From Antedon mediterranea (Eukaryota; Animalia; Echinodermata), in the NCBI RefSeq assembly GCF_964355755.1, contig NC_092672.1, positions 22,085,237 to 22,149,236 of the forward strand: DNA of 64,000 nucleotides. The letters run 5' to 3'. The position numbers and the translations under genes are program-made. This document shows, piece after piece, positions 15,001 through 26,400 of the stretch (position 1 is its first letter; each line of letters starts with the position of its first letter). Under the pieces are notes generated by a model. It saw only the letters and a list, made by a program, of their open reading frames with translations, had not been told where the DNA came from and made no database searches.

Positions 15001-17113
15001 TACTAACATCTAGTCAGTTGCCAGATGAAGACTTATTAAAAACAAGTTGAAACGTTGCACATGTACGTATTATTTTTAAACAATCTACTGACTTAAAGAA
15101 GGGCTAGACGGATGGAATTAGTAAATTAACCAGCCATGTGTGGGCAACCATTTCATTCCATGTTTTAATACCCTAATGACTAACTGTGCCAAGTGTCAGA
15201 ATTTTCACTTCAGGTCTACTAAAGTAGGCCTACTATGCATGACAGAGAGAATATCAACAGCATTTTCCTTTACCTTTTTGAAACGACATGCTGGTTTCTT
15301 TTTAACTTGTGGTGGAATGCATCTAGGCCTATTTTTGGTAATAATCTGAAAAAAATAGCGAAATGCTAAATTTTTACAAACAAATTTTTATGAACATATA
15401 ACCAGTTGTGACCTAGCCTAGCTAGGAATTTAAATGGTCATTTGGCCCTATACTACTATTATAGCCTAGACAGGCCTGCCTACAGTACTAAGTACTAGGA
15501 ACAGGCTTTTGCAGAAAAGTGTAGTCGGTCTGATTTGATTTGAATTGATTAGAAAATCATCATAAAAAATACATACAAAAGAAAGTGATAACATAAATTA
15601 CTGACATTACAAATAATACAATTATAAAAGATTTTGCAGGATAGCCCAAAAAGCTTAGGCCTAAATAAACATTCATCCCTTATATATAGTACCAAACAAA
15701 TATTGACCAGAACCAGCAATCAACAACGCTCCATACCGAACACCCGATTTTATTGGAACCAAAATAAAACATCGATTTGACCATATATCAAACATAAAAC
15801 TACCACATTGGGCCCTGCGCTAATACGATCGGGCCCAGCAAATGAGACGATAGAGACCAAACTGGTTCCTAACACATGAGACGATCGGGCCAACGCATGA
15901 GACGATCGGGACCACATTTTCTGGGCCCAAGACGATCGGGCAGCAAATAAAAAAATTTTACTGTGATAACCGGCCTAGACTTCGGTTAGGCCTAATATAG
16001 TAATAATACGATTTCGATCCAAGTCGGCCCTAAACCGTCTCGGCCAAAGTCAAGTCGGCCCCAAGTAAACCCCAAGTCAAGTCGGCCCCACGTCAAGTCG
16101 GCCTCAAGTCAACTCGGCCTCACGTCAACTCAGCCAAAAAATAATCGGTCAACTCGGCCCCATTAAAGTATGGAACGCAAAAAGTGCAAATGAAGAGGAT
16201 TGATAAAATAATATTTCTTCACAATTTTTTAACTATGAATAATTCTGACTTTTAATGAATATTAATATTTAGACAATAATATATTTAGCAACAAAAACAG
16301 GAATGATTTCACCAACTTTCCTTTATTTACGTTTAATAAAATTTCAAATTGCACAATTGAAAACAATTCGTAGCTGCGCCTCCCTGTGCATTTGGCAGCT
16401 TTTTCGATATCTACAACTGCTATGTGTTTTCGCTGACCGGGGGATTCCCCTTTTTTTAAAACGCAAAGTATGGACAAAAACGATGTACGATCATTTTTTC
16501 TATGGCCAAATGTGATGGAACCTAGGCCTCCGTCTTCGATTTACTAAATGCAATAGGCCTACCTGCACATGTTTTTGTAACACGCGGGTACTTCTATTCA
16601 TATCGGCAATGAGTTCATTTTTTTATATGATATTATTATATTATATTTTTCATTTCTTCATTTTTTAGAGTGGATAGGCCTAGGCCTAGTAATAATCATA
16701 ATAACATTAAGTACTTTTTGCGTTCCATACTTTATTGTGGCCGAGTTGACCGATTAGTTTTTGGCCGAGTTGACGTGAGGCCAAGTTGACTTGAGGCCGA
16801 GTTGAGTTGAAGCCGACTTGACGTGGGGCTGACTTGACCTGCACCCAATAATACCCTACCCAGGCCTACCTACCTAGCCTAGGCCTAGTAGGCTACTAGC
16901 TAGGCTATGATTGATAGCCTAGAGGAGGAGTATAGGCTAGCCTGGCTGGCCCTAGCCTAGGCCTAGATTTATTGCACCTGACCTGCATTATCCTACATAA
17001 TTGCCTGTACCTAGCCTAGCTAGGCGCCGCCTAGTAATTGCATTAATTTAGTAACTTACTTTTTTGCCTACTGGAATGTAATTATTGCTGTTTTCCATCA
17101 AAATAGTTGTCAT
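88..17113 (-). CDS. MYO19: Unconventional myosin XIX-like, 5' part (N-terminus and motor domain); gene continues beyond the left edge of the window
   Basis: Phase-consistent GT-AG exons (minus strand): 17113-17060, 15345-15274, 14550-~14467 (interrupted by a TE), 11217-11112, 10342-10203, 9739-9626, 9274-9216, 9074-9001, 8185-8116, 7981-7879, 7237-7040, 5806-5716, 5014-4825, 3691-3502, 3153-3043, 2438-2262, 180-88. Motifs: P-loop GESGSGKT, LEAFGNA, switch [16 protein letters not shown], switch [26 protein letters not shown]. Class XIX-like segments: [14 protein letters not shown]...[21 protein letters not shown]. Confidence 0.9.
919..1443. repeat. Tandem duplication, ~262-bp unit x2 (intronic)
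   Basis: tttatttgtatattatatgtttataatctaacagtagggcctacccacactcac...ggttaaaccaaataatttggaatgtt occurs from ~920 and again from ~1181. Confidence 0.85.
3809..4525. repeat. Purine-rich minisatellite, 38-42-bp unit, ~17 copies
   Basis: Unit atgacagaaagagagattaggcagaaagaaagaagtcaggcc; explains ORFs 3883-4395 and 3970-4389. Confidence 0.95.
5416..5660. repeat. Minisatellite, 49-bp unit, ~5 copies
   Basis: Unit ttaaaggttgcaactactttaagctgaactataaatactgtatgcaatc. Confidence 0.9.
5939..6862. repeat. Minisatellite, 77-bp unit, ~12 near-identical copies
   Basis: Unit gttcactgatgtttactgtccacatgtgctggattagttcaaccaaggcatctaaacacattgctttggttcagtta. Confidence 0.95.
6935..7081. repeat. Duplication (~66 bp) of the 3' end and splice donor of a MYO19 exon
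   Basis: ctaattaagtaaaagtttcttactttaaataattcttgttgctgtgacctgcta(a)agtccaacatt at 6935-7000 and 7017-7081; the second copy is the real exon end (donor after 7040). Confidence 0.85.
8663..8703. mobile_element. 41-bp palindromic insertion with 7-bp TSD (probable P-like transposon excision footprint)
   Basis: 18-bp arms cagggaagagttaaatta / taatttaactcttccctg, flanked by gttttct on both sides. Confidence 0.7.
10271..10806. repeat. Tandem array (92-95-bp unit, ~5.5 copies) of a MYO19 splice acceptor plus the first ~70 nt of the exon
   Basis: Minus-strand unit ttttctgttcatag|TGCTGAACTGTTTA...CTTGTTACTT; the leftmost copy is the genuine exon 10342-10203. Confidence 0.9.
11320..12459. repeat. Tandem array (79-bp unit, ~14 copies) of the 3' end and splice donor of MYO19 exon 3
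   Basis: Minus-strand unit is GAGGTTTGGGTTCCAGCG...AATGGCCAG (75 nt, [25 protein letters not shown]) plus GTAA; it matches exon sequence at 14466-14520. Confidence 0.92.
12460..14465. mobile_element. Non-autonomous DNA transposon (~2.0 kb) inserted in a MYO19 coding exon
   Basis: Perfect 17-bp TIR taggtatcccaatgaaa / tttcattgggataccta; 7-bp TSD ctataat at 12453-12459 and 14466-14472; no long internal ORF. Confidence 0.9.
14852..15071. mobile_element. MITE with ~42-bp TIRs
   Basis: aatacgtacatgtgtgacgtttcaacttgtttttaacaagtc ... gacttattaaaaacaagttgaaacgttgcacatgtacgtatt. Confidence 0.75.
16010..16846. mobile_element. Foldback/MULE-like non-autonomous element with internally repetitive long TIRs
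   Basis: Left arm of gtcaagtcggcc/gtcaactcggcc repeats plus aaagtatggaacgcaaaaagt; inverted right arm at 16712-16840; direct repeat aataatac at 16002-16009 and 16847-16854. Confidence 0.8.
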
Positions 17114-17406
17114 TTTGATAGGCGCGCCTCCTCTCTCACTTACCCAAAACCAACAGTTCCTTTTTTTTTTTTCAAAAACACCGCCGCGCGCGCCACCTAT
17201 AATAAAGTATCTAATAAAAAAATAAAAAAACCGCTGTGTACCGCCCTCTCTGTTATGACTCGGTGACCTTAAAATAAACAACAGCTATTTAATTACACAA
17301 TGTTTTTTGCTATGATTTTTGCGATCAATCAATCACACGCCACAAGCCAAGCTTTAGCTAGGCTACAGAACAGTAAGCATACAGTTACGTAGGCCTAGAA
17401 AATAAA
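17114..17406. promoter_or_regulatory. Bidirectional promoter region shared by MYO19 and OGFOD2
   Basis: Only 293 bp between the divergent ATGs (17113 on minus, 17407 on plus); CpG-rich motifs ggcgcgcc and ccgccgcgcgcgcc in otherwise AT-rich DNA. Confidence 0.7.
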
Positions 17407-20400
17407 ATGAGTCTTGATGATAGAAAGAGCTTCTATGTTTGTAGCTGTTACTACACCCATAACATATTTTTACCTAAGTTTAAACTGCATGTGACGTATA
17501 TAGATGATAAAATATTTGCTGATATTTGGAAACCGGTAAAACCTGTTGCTGCCAAATCTTTGTACTAGGCCTAGTAGTACTAGCAAAGAACTTATAAAGT
17601 TCTTTGGTACTAGGCCTAGCTAGGGTAGGCCTAGACAGCAGAACTTGGTCTGGTCCTAGTTAATTAAGTAGAACTAGCCTAGCCTAGTAGGGTTTACGAT
17701 GAAATCGGTCGCGTCTGAAATCGGTCGCGTTTGAAATCGGTCGCGATAAAATCAACTTCCGGTATTTTGTATGGCGCGCCGCTAGAGCTATAATCCTTTT
17801 GATGATATCGGTCGCGTTTGAAATCGGTCGCGCTATTTTGTATGGATCGAGCGGGATGCATGCTAGAACGGGATATACATTTTTCGTTTATATATATTTA
17901 ATTGATATTTTTTAGGAACTAGATTATTTATGTGGATATTTTTTACTTGGTTAATAAATATTTATTATCAATCATTAAATTAATTTTTTTTTTGTATTTC
18001 ACAGGTCTCGGAGAAGGACTGTATCTTTTCAAAATGACCATTTCTAAACACGTTTAAATATTATATTAGGCATAATGAAATGTTATATTTATTAGGCATA
18101 TAATAATTTACCTCTATTAATATGTACTGTAATTAATATATTATATAGAGAATATACGTCTGTCGTGTCTTTTATTACGCAAACAATTACGTAAAAGAGA
18201 ACAATTTATTTAAAAACAAGAATGTTTACAATATAGCCCGTAAAGCCAGCGTATCCATTTTTATACTTATGCATACTGTGACTGATTATATCATGTCGTT
18301 AACAACATACTATTCGATCACCTTATTTTTATTTCTATTTTCTAAGTGTATAATGATTATTGTTGAGGCAAATCACGTGTATGTTTTTATTTCTAATGTT
18401 TAAAATAGTTTTTAGTAAAATGATCATTATATGCGGATGGTTAACAGGCGAGTTACTGAAATAAACCCCCGAATAAGCCATATTGGAGATGCGCCTTCTA
18501 TGATCGTGCAGCTGTTTCCTCTAACAATACGTTATTTTGCTGACGGGGATTCCCCTTTTTAAAAAACACGCACTAGTAGTGTGTCAAATCATGGAGAAAA
18601 CACGTACGATCGTTGTCCATGGCGAGGTAAAGATGACGTCTATTACTAATAACCATACATTTGAAAGGTCTATAGGCCTCCTGCACGTGTCATTACACGG
18701 ACCAGGCTACTTTAGCGTTACGTTTGGCATCCACTGAATCAGTGGATGACCTATCCCCTCAACATGTCAATTGTGGTATAAGTTGACAGGAATAATACTC
18801 TGTGGTGTAATAAAAATGCCAGCGTGTTTATTTAGGACTGCAAGTGTTAAGAATAACTTGCTGTCCATTTTCAACTTCCTCTTACCAATGACCAATAGCA
18901 AACAGGCACTGCTTGTCAATCAGGTCCTCACTGACTGGGTATTAACCAATCAATTTACTATTAGATAGGTCACTGATTTTATAAAATAGTTTGCGGGAAA
19001 TTTGATTTCTGACCTTGTACAGGAATAAATACTTTAGTGGTTGTTTATAATAATAATCTAAATATTTCTCAATGCTGCTTTATGCAAAGCAATTTAACTA
19101 GAACTACAGACACATTAAATAAATACTTTTAAACATGAACAATAGTTTTGTTAGGGAATTGGGATGGCCGTGTGATATTCAATTTATTAAATTTAATGGG
19201 AAAGTATATATCTTTCACATTTTTGGGAACAAAATGGATTGATAGTCAATCAATCATATTAGTGTTTCATGTTTTATTCACCTGTTGTTGGGTGGTGGAC
19301 ATCTTGTAGACAATGTACAGCAGCAACAAACATACATAATTGATACAAATAAACACAATTTAAATTTGATAACTCTACGCGATTTTATACGAGATAAATG
19401 CGTAGACTCGGTCATCAATGACCGTCTACTTGATAATATAAACGACGAGCGTGGAAAAAAATGTAGCCTACAACAGAACTATTAGAAAGAATTAATCGCA
19501 AAAGGGTTTGGCCTAAGCCAGATATACCATGGAGTTCAAATATCCCCCGCCATCCCTCTTGATGGATTGAGGCGGCAGGCATCAAAGCGATTTTAAAATT
19601 GAATGGAAGCGCATCGAAAATAAATAAAAGATCTTTCTCGGAAGATTCATTGTGGAGGAAAATCTGACTTGCTGCATGCGTTTGCATGGTAGGTAGAAAT
19701 CAACGTGCCGATAAAAATAAAATAATTAACAAATTCTTATCAGATAGATCTACGTAAACGTGTGAAGTAGGACTAAAGAGGTCTTATTTACAGTATATCA
19801 GTAGGCCTAATATATATTCGTATAAAATATCCTAATTTCCACAACTCAGGATTATGTCCATAATGATATCAATAATAAGAATCTGTTATAGGCCTATGCG
19901 TAATTTTTTTTTTTATTAAGCCACTAATTTTTCATTATCATACATTAAATTCAATTATACCATACACAATTCAGTGATTATTTTACAATTATTTTCTCAT
20001 TTTCCCAATTGTCTTTTCTCTTACAGGTAATAACGTGGTGCGTGCTTCATGATTGATGGTAAAATTAATTTATACCTGTAACAATAGATTATGGCAAGGC
20101 GTTTCGGACCGGACGGAGTAGGCCTACTCCTTTAAAGTTGTCATCGGAGGAGAAGATTAGGTGGAAGAAATGCTTTCCATGGACTGCACCAGAAGTAATT
20201 TCTGGTGTCGAAGCCCCATCAGAGCACAGCGCTATTTACGCGTTTGGATACATGTTCAGCCGCATATTTACCAAAACGAACAACATAAGAATACGGGAAA
20301 CTGGCGAGATATGCATGCGGCGGCCGTCACCTGCAGAGCTAGCTTGACCACCACCTTTTATGTAATAACGTTAGATCATGAATAATTAAAAATTGAATGA

Positions 20401-23400
20401 ACCCACATAAGAAAAAAAAAGTTAAATGAAACTTTGATGGGTTATACTGTAGATGCAAAAAAGGATAATCTGTTGGAAATAAATTTTGTAAACATTTAAA
20501 TAGCAAAAAAATCAATGTTAAAGGATGAGGAAAATATAATGTTAACAGTAAAAAGTTAGTAAGTAATTAGTATAACAGAGAATATGCATTGTTTAAATGA
20601 AAATATGTTTGCATAGATAAATCCAAAGAAAAATAAAATGGGACAAACCCATGGGATGGATTTAGTAAACATAAACGTATTATAATTGTATGAAATAAAT
20701 ATGCATGTAGATGAAAAAAAAACAACTATGTAAGAAAAAATTGTTTTGTACAAAAACATTGACTGGGTACAAAAACGGTGGCAGGGTATAAAAACAGTGG
20801 CAGGGTACAAAAACAGTGGCAGAGTACACAAACAGCGACAGGGTACAAAAACGGTGGCAGGGTACAAAATCGATGGCAGCTGGGTACAAAAACAGTAGCA
20901 GGGTACAAAAACAGTAGCAGGGTACAAAAACAGTAGCAGGGTACAAAAACAGTGGCAGGGTACAAAAACAGTAGCAGGGTACAAAAACAGTGGCAGGGTA
21001 CAAAAACGGTGACAGGGTACAAAATAGATGGCAGCTGGGTACAAAAACAGTAGAAGGGTACAAAAACAGTAGCAGGGTACAAAAACAGTGGCAGGGTACA
21101 AAAACGGTGACAGGGTACAAAATAGATGGCAGCTGGGTACAAAAACAGTAACAGGGTACAAAAACAGTGGCAGCGTACAAAAACGGTGGCAGGGTACAAA
21201 AACGATGGCAGATGGGTACAAAAACAGTGGCAGGGTACAAAAATAGTGGAAGGGTACAAAAACGGTGGCAGGGTACAAAAACGGTGGCAGGGTACAAAAA
21301 CGATGGCAGCTGGGTACAAAAAAAGTGGCAGGGTACAAAAACAGTGGCAGGGTACAAAAACGATAGCAGCTCGGTACAAAAACAGTGGCAGGGTACAAAA
21401 ACGGTGGCAGGATACAAAAACGGTGGCAGGGTACAAAAACAGTGGCAGGGTACAAAAACGGTGGCAGGGTACAAAAACGATGGCAGGGTACAAAAACGAT
21501 GGCAGCTGGGTACAAAAACAGTGGCAGGGTACAAAAACGGTGGCAGGGTACAAAAACGGTGGCAGTGTACAAAAACAGCGTCACTAATTTTATACAATAG
21601 TTCGCGGGAAATCTGATTGCTGACCTTATACAGGAATAAATACTTAGTGGTTGTGATATTCCATTTATTTAATTTAATGGGAAAGTATATCTTTCACAAA
21701 ATGACTTAAAATATCTTTGTAGGTCAGGCAGTGTTAAAAAGGCTGGAAGGGCCTGGTGGAAGGGTACAAACAGTGGCAGGGTACAAAAACGATGGCAGCT
21801 GGGTACAAAAAAAGTGGCAGGGTACAAAAACAGTGGCAGGGTACAACATTGATGGCAGTTGGGTACAAAAATGAGCAGGGTACAAAAACAGTGGAGGGTA
21901 CAAAAACGGTGGCAGGGTATAAAAACGATAGCAGCTCGGTACAAAACAGTGGCAGGGTACAAAAACGGTGGCAGGATACAAAAACGGTGGCAGGGTACAA
22001 AAACAGTGGCAGGGTACAAAAACGGTGGCAGGGTACAAAAACGATGGCAGGGTACAAAAACGATGGCAGCTGGGTACAAAAACAGTCGCAGGGTACATAA
22101 ACAGTGGCAAAGTACACAAACAGTGGCAGGGTACAAAAACGGTGGCAGGGTACAAAAAAAGTGGCAGGGTACAAAAACGGTGGCAGTACAAAATCGATGG
22201 CAGCTGGGTACAAAAACGGTGGCAGGGTACAAAAACGATGGCAGATGGGTACAAAAACAGTGGCAAGGTACAAAAACAGTGGCAAGGTACAAAAATAGTG
22301 GCAGGGTACAAAAACGGTGACATGGTACAAAAACGGTATCAGGGTACAAAAACAGAGACAGGGTATGACAAGCAGTGGTCTATGGTACAAAAACTTGTGT
22401 TGTATACAAAGTGTCTGGGAAAAAAGACGATGACAGTGGTACAAAAACGGTGGCAGGGATACAAAAACGGTGGCAGGATACAAAAACGGTGGCAGGGTAC
22501 AAAAACAGTCTCAGGGTACAAAAACGGTGGCAGGGTATAAAAACAGTGGCAGGGTACAAAAACAGTGGCAGGGTACAAACACGATGGCAGCTGGGTACAA
22601 AAACTGGGGCATGGTACAAAAACAGTAGCAGGGTACAAAAACGGTGGCAGGGTACAAAAACAGTACAGTAGCAGGGAACAAAAACGGTGTCAGGGTACAA
22701 AACAGTGGTCTAGGATACAAAAACTTGTGTTGTATACAAAGTTTCTGGGAAAAAAATAAGATTGCAGGGATACAAAAACGGTGGCAGGGATCATCAAAAC
22801 AGTGGCAGGGTACACAAAATTGTGTTGTACTAAAACAGTGGCAGGGTAAAAAACATACACACTTATTTGTAGCATTTTACGAAAAAAAGTATCAGAGTAT
22901 TCATCAACAGAGCTAAACAAATGAAGGAAAGGGTCAGAACATGTGACTCTGGCAGATAACAGATAACAATTAACATTACTTTTCAAGAGTGATAAGAAAA
23001 AAGGAAACATATTATATTCAATTTGTTAACCTAAATATATCTTTCATTTTTAATTTAAGACAATTATTTACATGATGATAAAACTTTTGAATGTGTATTA
23101 ATTTAAATTGGTTATCATCACTTGGCGTTTATTTTTGTTTATATGTTTATTTTAGGGTTCTTTCATAGGTCAATCATTTTTTCCATTAAAACAAAAAAAT
23201 TGGCTATTTGTAGTTTATTGTATTAATCTTTATGGTTTATTTTACATCATTTATATCTCAATGTATATTGAATTATTGTTCTTATCTTTGATTAAATATT
23301 AATATTATCTACTGTAGTAGGCCTATAAACATTTTTAAAAATGCTCAACAAAGTCTCAAACCACATAAAATCTAAAAGTTGAAACTGAATATTTAATGGC

Positions 23401-26400
23401 CCATGAGAATTCTAGGTAGCCTGCGCAAAGGTCATCGAGGCCAAACTTAAGAGAATGACTCAAGCTCTTCCATGCGAATCATCTTAGGTTAGACCAACCT
23501 CCAGTGGGCAGGACTTGTAGTTAGAACTTGTGGCTCAAATGACACTCCAGGGCAATAAAATCACAATAACTTACAAAGCACTGACAGTAATTGCTTGTCA
23601 AAACCAAATTGCCTAACCGTAACGCTAACGTAGCCTGGTCCGCGTAATGGTTTTTGTGAAACGATCCAATGAGCTATAGATGCTCGACGCGATTATGAGA
23701 TCATGTTCATTCATTAAGTTTATTTAGCCTTTAAAATCGAAATACATTTAAAACATAGGTAACCAAATCAAGACACGTGAAAATGTAAGGAGGCAAGGAT
23801 AAGCAAAAGCAATTAAATCGCTGTAGCTCACAGGCTTGCTTATCCATAATAATTCCGAATAAAGCACTTTTTCTATAATTTGACAGTATGATTTATACGT
23901 ATATACGTCGGCGATACTATAGATTTTAATTTGAATATTTTTTATTTTTTTCTTCATTTATAATAATCATTTAATGTAAATAATTAAGTAAGTGCAACTC
24001 AGTGTCTCGCATTCATACGCCGTTCGTAAATCTAAACGTTTAAATATCAGTGCAGATTACCTCTTTGAGAATTGTGTCCACCTTTATTATCCATACATTA
24101 TTATTCTCACATCTATCATCGGCATATTATCTATATATTTTATTAATATCCTAAAACCATACGTAATTGTTTGCATAATAAAAGACACGACAAACGTATA
24201 TTCTCTATATAATAAATATTAATTACAGTACATATAAATAGAGGTACATTATTATATGCATAATATAACATTATGCCTAATATAATATTTAAACGTGTTT
24301 AGAAATGGCCATTTTGAAAAGACACCGTCCTTCTCCGAGACCTGTGAAATACAAAAAAAAAAATTAATTAATGATTAATAATAAATATTTATTAACCAAG
24401 TAACAAATATCCACATAAATAATCTAGTTCCTTAAAAATATCAATTAAATCTATATAAACGAAAAATGTATATCCCGCTCTAGCATGCATCCCGCTCGAT
24501 CCATACAAAATAGCGCGACCGATTTCAAACGCGACCGATATAATCAAAAGTATAGCTCTAGCGGCGCGCCATACAAAATACCGGAAGTTGATTTTATCGC
24601 GACCGATTTCAAACGCGACCGATTTCAAGCGCGACCGATTTCATCTGACACCCCTAGTAGTGGCCTGTCTAAACTAACCCTAGCCTACCATAGACGTCAT
24701 AGCTAGGCCTTTATTTTGGAAATTAGATTTTTGCCGCTGTAGCCATACTGAAAACTTTACATATATGAATTTATGATATAGGCCTTTAGTTAGTCTATTA
24801 GGGATCCAGTCAAGTCGCCCCATCGCAAAGTCGCCCCAAAACAAAGTCGCCCCGGCACAGTCGCCGGATTATCCCTGATTTATAGTTTCGAAAATGTTAA
24901 TTTAATATGATTTTAAAATTAGTTACCAGAGCCACAATTACGAATCTTTCTTCAACCTACGCGTGGATACCAGCTCATTTTTTAGGATAATAATAGGCCT
25001 AAATGTATAAATGTGTAGTACTAGTAGGCCTTCGTATAGATTTACAGTAGTTAAAACAATTGAATAACTGTGTTGTAAGACAATGAGTGTTATAGGCTAC
25101 TTATTGATCATTTTACATTTATTGACAAGTTATGTACGTGTCTTAATTTTATAATGACTTTTCAAAATGAAGAAAAAAAAAAGGATTTCATCGCCGATAT
25201 GATTGTTTTACATGCAGGTATTTTAGTAAAATTTAAAACGCTACATTTTGACCATGGAAAAACCATCGTACAGTATCGTGTGCGTGTTTTTTAAAAAGGG
25301 GAATCCCCGACGGTCAGCAGAAAGACGTAGCAGCTGTGTGAGGAAACAGATACCAGAAGGCGCAGCTCCGATTGGTTTCAGAGAATGTTTCAGATGGCGA
25401 GTCGCCTTTTATTCAACAGCACAATGATCATTTTACTGAAGAAATTCTTTTCAACCCTTTTGGTTATAGAACATTCTAATTATCATGCCTAATAAATATC
25501 CTCATATCGGGTGTTTATTTAATTTTAAATTAAACAAGACAGTGAAGAGGCACGGAATAATACGTACACGGACGTACGACGAATAGGCCTACACACACGC
25601 ACGTCATTATTTACGACATATAGTGGTGATATGATGCAATTTTATAATGGATATAATGATGGGATTGCCTTTCCAGGCTTACAATCAATTGTTCATTGTA
25701 ATACTATGTATATAATAGTAAACTGAATGTTTATAAATAAATTGTTTTACGTAATTTGTTGCATATAAAATAAAAGACACAGACGCAGCCGGGGACGCAG
25801 TCTACGTTTCCTATAAAATATTTCACATTTAAATAATTATGTACTGTTAAATGACATTATGCTGGATAATACTATAATCTTAAACTATGTTTACAAATTG
25901 TCATTTTTTAAGGCACGCATCTTTTTCATCATACTGACCTGTAAAATAAAAACAAAAATAAATTATTAATATAGCCCTAATAGTAATAATAATAATAAAT
26001 ATTCATCGACCAAAGTAAAATAATCTAGATCGTATAACATCATTTTATCGCGACCAAAATTAAACGCGACCGAAAATTTCAAACGCGACTGCTGATATCA
26101 TCGTAAAACTCCGGCGGGGTTTCCCGTTGTAGTGCGACAACGGCGGTGTAATTACGGGGGTTTCCCTCTGGTAAGCTAGCACAGTGGCGGATCTAGGGGG
26201 GGGTGAATAGGGTGGCTAGCCACCCCCCTTAATTCTCAAAAAAAAAAAGAAAGATGCAACCTAATCGCGATTGACCGTCACTAGACGTGGATTAATCTTT
26301 TAATTAAGAAGAAGAGTAGGCCTAGCTAGCTAGGCCCTACTAGAGCTAGGGTTAGCATTAATAGTTCTGTGTAAATAGGCCTACACAGTGAAAGAGCTAA

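Larger units (their letters stand above)
17691..24652. mobile_element. ~7-kb TIR transposon (MULE/Merlin/foldback-like) in OGFOD2 intron 1, carrying a kinase relic and minisatellites
   Basis: ~500-bp inverted termini (17691-~18193 and ~24160-24652) with gaaatcggtcgcg subrepeats; GG...CC ends; 8-bp TSD cctagtag at 17683-17690 and 24653-24660. Confidence 0.88.

Noticed and set aside
18728-18748. CA...TG palindrome catccactgaatcagtggatg
   Set aside because: No flanking direct repeat, so not counted as an excision footprint.
20556-23010. Many overlapping 100-340-aa Cys/Phe-rich or Lys/Gly-rich ORFs
   Set aside because: Translations of a stop-poor 19/23-bp minisatellite, open in several frames on both strands.
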